Assembly (NCBI RefSeq): GCF_009914755.1
Contig: NC_060925.1
Length of the DNA stretch: 64,000 nt
Direction: 5' to 3' (one strand)
DNA from: the human T2T-CHM13v2.0 reference genome, Homo sapiens
The translations under genes and the position numbers were made by a program. Below are positions 14,998 to 25,299 of this stretch, one piece after another (position 1 is the stretch's first letter; the number at the start of each line of letters is the position of its first letter). Under the pieces are notes generated by a model. It was given only the letters and a program-made list of their open reading frames with translations, was not told where the DNA came from and did no database searches.

Positions 14998-16294
14998 GTA
15001 AGACTGTGCCATCAGTCCCTCCACAGTGTTCTCGGAACTCTAGGCACTGCCTGGCACAGTGGGACAACAGCAGCAGCGAGTGTCCTGGCTGACCTTCATC
15101 CATGGACAGCGATGGCTGTTGGCCAGGTCTTCATGGTGACCATTTCTCACCTTCCTAACAAGCCCGAAGGCAACATGCAAGCCCATGGGCCGGTGGATAC
15201 ACACAGAATCCTATCAAAGGAAATGCCCAGCCTTTCACTGACTTCTGCTCCTGCCTATCTCCAGACTCATGAGCCCTTCTCCAGGTGTCTAGAGTTGCAC
15301 ACAGGTGTCGTCCCTGGGTGAGTCTCACACACAGCCCTTGTGTCCTGCTCTGGAGTTGGCATCCATCACCCTCAAACTGTCCTGGCTGCCAGGGCCTCTG
15401 GGAAATGCTAATTTCCAGCCAAGGTGCTGTTTCTTGTTGCTTCCAAGGACTTCAGAGTCTGGCAGAGCAGGCAGGGACTGGGGGTGAGTGAGGCAGCAGC
15501 CCTACGGGACACTATAGGGTGAATAGGGTCTGCGTGCCCCATCTGATGGCCCTTGCAAATGTTTTAAAGCAGTCTGCACCGAAAACAACATCCTGGAGGC
15601 TAAATCTGGCTGCCAGGCTGCCAACTGGGCGCCTGAGAAAGCAGCCCATAGCCCCCACCCCCACCTTTTTTGGGTTCCAGTACCTCTGCCCCCTCTAAAG
15701 ATCTTCATCATGGGTCCCAGGACACAGATATGGAGTAATAATAAAAATAAATAATGGCACTAGCAGCAGTTACTCTAGATCAAGTGTAAAGGGTCAGGCT
15801 GGCTCTAAGAATATTCAAGCCTTAGCTCCTTCACTGTCACCATAAGCCTTGGGGGAGGTGCTGTGACCTCAATTTTACTGAAGAGGGAGGTGAGCCTTAG
15901 GGTTAAATAAACTAGTGAAGGTCACATTTACTTAAGAGGCCCAAATCCTGGTGTGAGCACTGCCCTTACTGTCTGTTCCCGCTGCTTCCTTTCCTCAACA
16001 AAGTCAATCTAGGCAAAGAGATGCCTGGATGCTTCCAGGTTATCTAACCCAGCCAACCCAAGTCAGGCTGCTTGGTTTCCTTTGTCTTCCAGCAGGGGTC
16101 AAACCAGGACATTCCCCTGACCCCAACAGCAGGCACCATTATTCCCAATGTATAGAAAAGGAACCTGTGGCTCCGAGCTAGTCGGTTCCGAGGGAGGGAC
16201 TCAAACTCAGATCCAACTGGGAGTACCTCTCCTTTGCTTCACATGGGGCTTCTGGAACACAAGTCAAATAATGAGTAAGAAAATGCTTCACTGA

Positions 16295-16567
<273 letters not shown>

Positions 16568-17519
16568 TGATTCTCTCGCCTCAGCCTCCTGAGTAGCTGG
16601 ACTCTAGGCATCCACCACCATAGCCAGCTAATTTTAGTATTTTTGGTAGAGATGGCATTTCACTATGTTGGCCAGGCTGGTCTCAAAGTCCTGACCTCAA
16701 GTGATCCGCACGCCTTGGCCTCCCAAAGTGCTGGGATTACAGGCGTGAGCCACTGCGCCTGGCCTGTTTTCAATTTTTGTAGAGATGGGGTTCTTGCTGT
16801 GTTGCCTAGGCTGGTCTTGAACTCCTGGGCTCAAGTAATTCTCTCTCTTAGCCTCCCAAAGTGTAGGGATTACAGGCATGAGCCACCATGCCTGGCCTAT
16901 TGACTAGGATTTAACACACAAATGTAAATTATAAGATTTTGTAGTTTCTACTACACTTGCATGTTTATTGAATTTCCTAATATCCAAGATGCCACTGACT
17001 GAAAGATGCATCATTATGTATAACTAAGAAAAAACAGCTACCAATTATAATCTGACACAGCGCTTTCTCATGGCCACACCTCACTTTTAGAGATGGTACT
17101 ATGAGAACAAATTGGAAGAGATGAAATGAAGGTATTATCTAGCTGAGAATTCTAAAAACACAAGTCAAGCAGAACACTCCCATCTTATAGATAACTAAAC
17201 TGAAGTACAGAGAGGTCGAGTAAGTGGCCTAAGAAGAGGAAGGGACTGAAACTCGAGATTCAGGGTTCCACATCATGTGTTCTTCCTGCTGTGTTCAACT
17301 TTACCCACCAGAGTCAGCTGTGAACACTGGTCCTCACCTCATCAGCACAGCCAAGTGGTTGACAACACAGGCACGCAAGGCAAACAAATCCAGGGCCCTG
17401 GGCCAGGTGCAGTGATCATATGCCTGTAAACCCAGCACTTTGAGAAGCTAAGGCTGGAGGATCACTTGAGGTCAGGAGTTTGAGACTGGCCTGGGCAACA
17501 TAGCAAGACCCTGCTTCTA

Positions 17520-17681
<162 letters not shown>

Positions 17682-19051
17682 TCATGCAGGGCCCAATTCT
17701 AGCTCTGGTATGGTTTAGCTGGGTAATCTCATAAAGACTCAGTCTGCTCCCTGTGAAAAAGGAAAATAATGGTACCTGTCCACAGGGTTGTTATGAGGAT
17801 TAAATAAGGTAATTCATTCACTCATTTAGTCAATCAACAAATAGTTATTGAGCATCCACTATGGGTGAGACACCATTCCAGGAGTAGAAGACATGGCAAT
17901 GAACAAGACACCAGGTCGCACCCTCATGGAGCTTATGTTTGCAAGGAGCTGGGCACACAGAAGCAGTGAAAACACAGGAGTGAGTCCCTCCCTTCTCATA
18001 GGGATTTTTTTTTTTTCTTAAATGGATTCTTAATGGCTGCTGGCATTTACTTTAGAGAGGTGAGGTTTTTCTAGGCAGTTACAGTGATGCGTTTTGACAA
18101 CCTCCTACTTTGGCAGAGTTCTCAGCATTTCCAGGTCTTGTCGGCTGTACAGGGCAAAGGGTGTGTTAGAGATATTTCCCAACTGGAATGGGAGGCTCCA
18201 GCCTCCCTCATTTGTTCCAGGTCACTCCCTGTGATAGACTAAGCTCATATAAGGGCCCAGCCCTGTTCTGAGTCCAAGAGTTATTTTTGTTGATTGTCAA
18301 ATATTTATTGAGCACCGATTAGGTGCCAGACACTGAGCATAAAATAAAAACAGAAATGAGGCTGTTCATGTGGAGGAAATGAGTCTAATGGGTTCCCCTA
18401 CACCTCCAGGCCTCATTCACAGGCCCCTTCCTCAGGGAGGCCTCCCCAAACCCACTCCTACCCTCTGTTATTACTCCCATAGCAAGTGGCCATTCCCTTT
18501 CTGTGACATCCCTTACACCTCTACTCAATACCTGTCAACCCTATTGAACTGCAGGACCTCTGGGGCTGGAAGCCTGGTTTCCAGTTCTATGCATTGGCTC
18601 ATAGTTGGTGCTCAATAAGATACTTGCTGACTGCATGGATGAGTGAAACTCCTAAGGCCTCCCAGAGTGACGCAGACCCTTTCCCTAACAGTAAGATGAT
18701 CTGGAATCAACAGGAATTGGGAACACTAAATTACCAAGTGGCTGATGACGATCGGACTCATTTAGACCTAGTTTTCCCCTTCTCATCATCTGCTGCTTTC
18801 CTTCTAACTAGGAAACTTTCTGCTGGGAATGGGTTTAGGGACTGTGATGAAAGAACCCACTGCTCTTCCCTCCAAAGTCTAAGCAAAGTTCAGTCAGATT
18901 CTATCAAATGTGGGTTTCCTATCTGTGTCTTTTCCTCATCTGTGCTATCGCTCTTCCCCTTGAGCTCTGATGGCCAGTGGCCAACAGAAAATGATTAACT
19001 CCCCCGAGTGCTTTTGCATATATATTTTGATATTTCACCCTTTCTTCCTAG

Positions 19052-19195
19052 ATACTAAAGTCTATGCTGCTTTGGGAAATCATGATTTTCACCCCAAAAA
19101 CCAGTTCCCAGCTGGAAGTAACAACATCTACAATCAGATAGCAGAACTATGGAAACCCTGGCTTAGTAATGAGTCCATCGCTCTCTTCAAAAAAG
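19052..19195 (+). CDS. SMPDL3B: SMPDL3B exon 4 (DTKVYAALGNHDFHPKNQF...ALFKKG)
   Basis: Acceptor tttcttcctag|AT, donor AAG|gtacc, 144 nt. GNHD motif. Confidence 0.97.
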
Positions 19196-19512
19196 GTACC
19201 AACACCACCTGCTCCTATCAAGAGCACTTACTGTATGCCAGGGTCTGATCTTCGTCTTCACAACAACCTCTTAGAATAAGTACTGATTTTATCCCCAATT
19301 TACAGATAAGGAAGCCAGGGTCATACAGCTTAGAAAAGGCAGTCTTGGGAGCAGACTCCAGAATTAACTCCAAAGCCCTTCCTCTAAACCCCACGACACT
19401 GATGATGCTCCTAAGTTCATATTTATTGAGCCTTTACTGTGTGCGAGGCACTGCCCTCTCAGCCTGGTCCTAGACACTTCACAACAACCCTTGGAAGGAG
19501 TGGTTTCATTTC

Positions 19513-19711
19513 CAGCAGGTTTGAACCTTGCCACCACTGACACCATGGGCTGGATAACTCTGTCGCAGACAACTGCCACGTGTGTTGCAGAATGTTGCAA
19601 ACACTCACTAGAGTGATACCCTCAGGAACACCCCCAGCTGTGACAACCAAAAATGTCTCAGACATTGCCCAGTGTTCTCTTGGGCCAGAAGCACCTGGTT
19701 GAGAATGACTG
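19513..19711. mobile_element. hAT-Charlie MITE, MER20-like
   Basis: Diagnostic GTGACAACCAAAAATGTCTC-AGACATTGCC core and GGTTGAGAA-ACTG end. Confidence 0.75.
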
Positions 19712-20190
19712 GTTCAGAAACACAGCCAGCCCAAGGTGACTTTGACCCTACTCTTCCCTTTCCTCGGTCTCCTGCTGTTGGGACTCCCCAGTGGTTAAAG
19801 CCGACCAGAAGCCTGTGCCACAGAAGCCTGTTGATTTAGTCCACATAGATCAGCTCTTGGAAAAGACAGCTGAGCAGTGAAGGGTCGACAGTGGATCTGG
19901 ATGGGCAAACACACATCACTGTTAGTCTCACTATGCAGATAAGGAAACCGAAGTATAGAGAGGTGAAGTTACTTTCCCAAGTTGCACAGCGAATGAGTTC
20001 CAGAGCCAGGAATTGAATCCAGGCCGCCTGGCTCCAGAGCCTCTGATCTTCCAGATTGATGTCCCACCCATGGGAAAGATGGGAGGGGAAGATGCAACGG
20101 AAAAAGAAAGTGGGACATTGAGGTGGAAGGGGCGGAAGCCTGTCTGGCCAGAGGTGGGGGCCTCCTTCATATTGTCCCTGGCTGTGACAG

Positions 20191-20363
20191 GTGCCTTCTA
20201 CTGTGAGAAGCTGCCGGGTCCCAGCGGGGCTGGGCGAATTGTGGTCCTCAACACCAATCTGTACTATACCAGCAATGCGCTGACAGCAGACATGGCGGAC
20301 CCTGGCCAGCAGTTCCAGTGGCTGGAAGATGTGCTGACCGATGCATCCAAAGCTGGGGACATG
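20191..20363 (+). CDS. SMPDL3B: SMPDL3B exon 5 (GAFYCEKLPG...LNTNLYY...DPGQQFQWLEDVLTDASKAGDM)
   Basis: Acceptor gacag|GT, donor ATG|gtaaga, 173 nt. ASM-family LNTN and DPxxQxxWL motifs. Confidence 0.97.
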
Positions 20364-20896
20364 GTAAGAGGCCCTGCTTCTTTCTTTTCTCATCTGGGGT
20401 TATTTCCTGCACAAGTCTCCCGCTTGGCACAAACTCACCCACCCACCCAAAGATGCCCATATCCCAGAGGGTCCTTTATCAGCCCGGCACCAGCAGAGGG
20501 CTTCCTCCATCCTCACCACAGCCCTGTGTGCTGGGATCTGGAGCCCACTGCAGATGAGGACCCTGAGGCTCATAAAGAGTGGTGACGGTCCCAAGTCACA
20601 TAATAAGTGACGAAGCCCAGACTAGAAGACCAGACTCCAAGTCCAGTGCTCTTTCCACTCCCACCACATGCACAGCTGCAGCCAGTACTGTGTGCCAGAT
20701 CTCCAGGGGATGCCCTGCCCTTGAGTGTGTCCAGCTAGTCTGCTGGCCTGACAGCTCCTCAAGGACTGGCTCAGTGTCTCATTTGCCCAAGTCCTTGCAC
20801 TGACCAGCCCATCCCAAGAGGATCTCACAGCTGGTGCCCATGAGCATGCACTATGCCAACATTGGGCACGTTGTTTAGGACATTATGCGGATGATC

Positions 20897-20948
20897 TCAG
20901 GTAGCAGAACTATGGAAACCCCGGCTCAGTAGCGAGTCCATCATTCTC
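20897..20948 (+). repeat. Intronic 52-bp diverged copy of SMPDL3B exon 4 (19134-19185)
   Basis: Ungapped hand alignment gives 45/52 identity. Confidence 0.9.
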
Positions 20949-21520
20949 AAAACCCCACCAGCTATGTGCTATTCCAGATGAGAAAACAGCAGCTCAGAGA
21001 GGTGATACACAGCTGGTGTCTAAGCTGCAGTCTGACTCCAAAACTCATACATTTAACTCTGTCCCCTGTTCTAACTCCTGCCATGGTGGCCAAGTGCCCA
21101 GGTGTTGTCAGATGAGTGACTCAAGGAATGTAAGAAACGAATGCACATTACCGTGTAGCATATCACACAACCACGCAAGAATGGTTTCGTTGCAGTGTTC
21201 AAGCTCTCCAAGAGAAGAGTAGTCTTTGAAGGATTAGGAAAGCTTCATGGGGGAGGTGCTCTTTGAAGTGTGGGGAGGATTTACAGAAGTGAAAAGGAGA
21301 AGGGTACTCCAGGTGGCAGGCACAGAGGTGGGAAGGTATGTGGTGCATTCATTGCAGGGCACAGGGAGAAAGTGGGACATGGAATCCGGGAGGCCTTCAG
21401 GGAGGAGATACATTTGGGCCTGTCTACCTGCCTTTGGGGCAATTTGCAGGTTTTGAGAAGTAGAAATGAGGGTCTGGAGAGGGCATCTGTGAGCCTCTTC
21501 TGGGAACCCCTCCCTTGTAG

Positions 21521-21701
21521 GTGTACATTGTCGGCCACGTGCCCCCGGGGTTCTTTGAGAAGACGCAAAACAAGGCATGGTTCCGGGAGGGCTTCAATGA
21601 AAAATACCTGAAGGTGGTCCGGAAGCATCATCGCGTCATAGCAGGGCAGTTCTTCGGGCACCACCACACCGACAGCTTTCGGATGCTCTATGATGATGCA
21701 G
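21521..21701 (+). CDS. SMPDL3B: SMPDL3B exon 6 (VYIVGHVPPG...QFFGHHHTDSFRMLYDDAG)
   Basis: Acceptor cccttgtag|GTG, donor GCAG|gtattc, 181 nt. GHxPP and GHxH metal-ligand motifs. Confidence 0.97.
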
Positions 21702-21785
21702 GTATTCAACCTGGAGGGCAACTGCCAGCTCCCTCCCTCCTTCTCTCCCCAGACCCGCTCAGTCCTGCTGTCTCTCTCCTGACAG

Positions 21786-21919
21786 GTGTCCCCATAAGCG
21801 CCATGTTCATCACACCTGGAGTCACCCCATGGAAAACCACATTACCTGGAGTGGTCAATGGGGCCAACAATCCAGCCATCCGGGTGTTCGAATATGACCG
21901 AGCCACACTGAGCCTGAAG
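21786..21919 (+). CDS. SMPDL3B: SMPDL3B exon 7 (GVPISAMFITPGVTPW...NNPAIRVFEYDRATLSLK)
   Basis: Acceptor ctcctgacag|GT, donor AAG|gtcagg, 134 nt. PxVTP and NNPxxR ASM-family motifs. Confidence 0.96.
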
Positions 21920-22454
21920 GTCAGGAGTCCTGCGGAGGCCAGAGGAGGAGGGTGGGAGGGGCTTAAATGCATCACCACCTTCCCTCACTCTCAGCTTATC
22001 CACCTTCCCCTGACCACTGAGCCTCAGGAAGGTTGAGCTCCTTCCACCCTTCTCCAGCTCAGGATCAGAACCCTGGAGGCACCTGCCACCGAGTCAGGGC
22101 AGTGCCTCACCAAGTCACCTTTTCCCCTGGATGACTGTCACAGCCTCATACCTGGTCTCCCTGCCTCTGGCCCTGCCCTGCTATGGCCCATCCGCTACAC
22201 AAGAGAGAAGAAACTAATCTCCTATAGCACCACTTTCATCTTGTCTCCGTCCTGCTCAAAAACCTTCAGTGGCTCCCCAGTGCCTTCAAGATAAAGTTGT
22301 GTCTCCTTGACCTAGTACTCAAGGCTTCCCACAGTCTGACTTCAAGCCCATTGTCCACATTTTCCGTACACAGACGAGGCTCCAGCCCCTAATTCTTTGG
22401 GCAGTCCCTCACCTCGTAGGATGAGCTTGTGGTTGTTGAGATGAAAAATATTAT

Positions 22455-23430
22455 TCCTTTATTTATCCAACAAAATGCATTAAGTGTGTGCCATTGGCCA
22501 GGCCCTGTTCTAATCTCAGAAGATATGTAAATTTAAAAACAAAGTCACCCCTCTCCTGGACCTGACATCTTACAGGAGAGGGACAATAAATATGTAGAAT
22601 TAATTATAGTACTGAGAGAAGGGCTAAGGAGAAAATCAAAACAGTGAGGCGACAGGGTGACAGCTATGGGAGGTGTGTACTGTGTTAGATAGGTGGGAAG
22701 GGGAAGTGTCCACATAAGGTGCCATTTGAGTTCTGAGTGTATTGAGGGAGGGAGCCCAGTGGGTATCTCGGGGAGGTGGAGGGAACAGCAAGTCAAAGGC
22801 CCCAGGGTGGGAATGTGCGTGGTAGGTTAGGGGAAGAGCACGGAGGCCATGTGGCCACAGTAAGAGGCACAAGGGGAGAGTGGGAGGGGAGGTCCGATCT
22901 TGCAGGCCTCCATGAGGACTCTGGATTTGGAGGGTTTTGCGCAGAAGAATGAAATCCTGTGACTTATAATTTTATGGAATCATCATGTCTGCTGTGCAGG
23001 GAACAGGCTGTAGGGGCAGGTGGGGGAGCAGTGAGGCCGTTTGGAGGGAAGGACAAATCCCAGATGACAGGATAGTAGCTTGCCCAGGGTGGAGGCAGTG
23101 AGATGGTGAAAAGTGCCAGGTCCCAGATGAATTCTGGATGCAGGATTTGCTAGAGTGGATATGAGCTGTGAGAAAAAGGGACGAATCCAGGAGGCTTCCA
23201 AGGCTCTTGGCCTGTGCAACGGTAGGCTGTGGCTGCCGATTACTGAGATAAGTGGCAGGGTGATCAGGCTTCGGAGGGTCAGTCAGAGGTCTTGTTTTGG
23301 ACCTGTTACCTTTGGGAGGGCTAAATGGCATCAAGTGAAAGTGGACAGGGAAGGGGCAAGTTGGAGCTTGAAGAGGTGAGGATAGAGATGTGATCTGGGA
23401 GTGGAGAGAGGACATTTAAAGCCAACGACT
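22455..23430 (-). mobile_element. L2 LINE fragment in SMPDL3B intron 7
   Basis: ATTCC-TTATTTATCCAACAAA L2 3' end and typical L2 body. Similar L2 pieces at about 1355-1975, 7260-7660 and 17810-17950. Confidence 0.65.
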
Positions 23431-24312
23431 GCATGAGCTAACCCAGGTCCTTGATTCTAGTAAAGGTAGATTAAGAAGAGGTCTGAGGGGTTTAAAGAGT
23501 GGCCTGTTGTCCACATGGGCACTCCAAGGGTCTGAGCAAGGGGAATGGCAGGCTGCACCATCACCCCCTAACAGGCCCTCCATTCTCCTCAGGGAGGGAG
23601 TCAGCCCTGAGCTTGAATCCTGGCTCCACCACTCATAAGCTTTTTGATCTTTTGACCTCTGTGCCTCACTTGCTTCATCTGTAAAATGGGAGTAACAGAA
23701 CCTCGCAGGGTTTGAGGAGGACTACATGAAATAATGGAATGTTCCTGGCACAGAGTGGCCATGCATACGGGCAGCTCCTCTTACCCCGTCTGCAGTGGCC
23801 TGAAGCAGGTTCATAAATGTACCTGGAACCCGCTGGACTGATGAACCCTGCAGAGTCTAGCCGTGAACATGCACCTGGGTCCTAGGAGTCTACAGTTCAT
23901 AATCTCTCTCATGCTTAGTGTTGCTCTTTTTATGTTGCTTTTATCTATTCATTATGTAAATATTTACTGAGCGTCTTCTATGTGTACCCTAGCATGGTGG
24001 GACCTGGGGTAAACCTGGGGTCCAATCCTGCTACCACTGAATACCTGTATGAATACCTGTATGACCCTGGCCAAGTGAATTAACCTCTTTAGGCCTCAGT
24101 TTCCTCATTTGTGAAACCTAGGTAATAAGCGCAGTTACCTCATTCGATTCAGAGGATGTCTGCCAAGCACAATGGGTGCACAGCTAAGTGCTCAATAACT
24201 ACTAGTGGTCATGGTCACTGCTCTAAAGAACTTGGGGGCAAATGCAAGGTGCAGGATGGGGATGGAAGCAGACAACTGCTCACAGCCGGTCTACCCCAAA
24301 CCCTTTTTCCAG

Positions 24313-24675
24313 GACATGGTGACCTACTTCATGAACCTGAGCCAGGCGAATGCTCAGGGGACGCCGCGCTGGGAGCTCGAGTACCAGCTGACCGAGGCCT
24401 ATGGGGTGCCGGACGCCAGCGCCCACTCCATGCACACAGTGCTGGACCGCATCGCTGGCGACCAGAGCACACTGCAGCGCTACTACGTCTATAACTCAGT
24501 CAGCTACTCTGCTGGGGTCTGCGACGAGGCCTGCAGCATGCAGCACGTGTGTGCCATGCGCCAGGTGGACATTGACGCTTACACCACCTGTCTGTATGCC
24601 TCTGGCACCACGCCCGTGCCCCAGCTCCCGCTGCTGCTGATGGCCCTGCTGGGCCTGTGCACGCTCGTGCTGTGA
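24313..24675 (+). CDS. SMPDL3B: SMPDL3B last coding exon (DMVTYFMNL...LLLMALLGLCTLVL*), GPI-anchor signal
   Basis: Acceptor ccctttttccag|GAC, TGA at 24673-24675. The eight exons sum to 1368 nt = 455 aa + stop. Terminal hydrophobic stretch typical of a GPI signal. Confidence 0.97.
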   Translation, partial: DMVTYFMNLSQANAQGTPRWELEYQLTEAYGVPDASAHSMHTVLDRIAGDQSTLQRYYVYNSVSYSAGVCDEACSMQHVCAMRQVDIDAYTTCLYASGTTPVPQLPLLLMALLGLCTLVL

Positions 24676-25004
24676 CCTGCCAGGCTCACCTTCTTCCTGG
24701 TAACGGGTAACGGGGGCAGCGCCCAGGATCACCCAGAGCTGGGCCTTCCACCATTTCCTCCGCGCCTGAGGAGTGAACTGAAATAGGACAACCGAATCAG
24801 GAAGCGAAGCCCCAGGAGCTGCAGCCATCCGTGATCGCGCCACTGCACTCCAGCCTGGGCGACAAAGCCAGACTCTCTCCAAAAACAAACCAGAAACAGA
24901 AAAGAAATGACGACCCAAGACCCCCCTACAAGCATACTTCTTTTGCGTATTATGTTTTACTCACAAAACAAAGCTCATCATGCGTTTGATTCTGTGTTGT
25001 GTTC

Positions 25005-25295
25005 CTTTTCTTTTCTTTTGAGACGGAGTCTCGCTCTGTCGCCCAGGCCGGAGTGCAGTGGCGCTATCTCGGCTCTCTGCAACCTCTGCCTCCCGGGTTC
25101 AAGCGATTCTCCTGCCTCAGCCTCCTAGCTGGGACTACAGGCGCGCGCCACCACGCCCGACTAATTTGTATTTTTAGTAGAGACGGGGTTTCGCCATGTT
25201 TGCCAGGCTGGTCTCGAACTCCTGACCTCAGGTGATCCGCCCGCCTGGGCCTCCCAAAGTGTTGGGATTACAGGCGTGAGTCACCGCGCCCGGCC
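25005..25295 (-). mobile_element. CpG-rich Alu between SMPDL3B and the XKR8 promoter
   Basis: Full antisense Alu with most CpGs intact (e.g. GGCGCGCGCCACCACGCCCG). Confidence 0.92.
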
Positions 25296-25299
25296 TCTA

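Noticed and set aside
18040-18066. Possible microexon tttactttag|AGAG|gtgagg in SMPDL3B intron 3
   Set aside because: It would be 4 nt and frameshifting. Such motif juxtapositions are frequent by chance.
24038-24064. 12-bp tandem duplication TGAATACCTGTA x2
   Set aside because: Ordinary slippage inside a MIR fragment.
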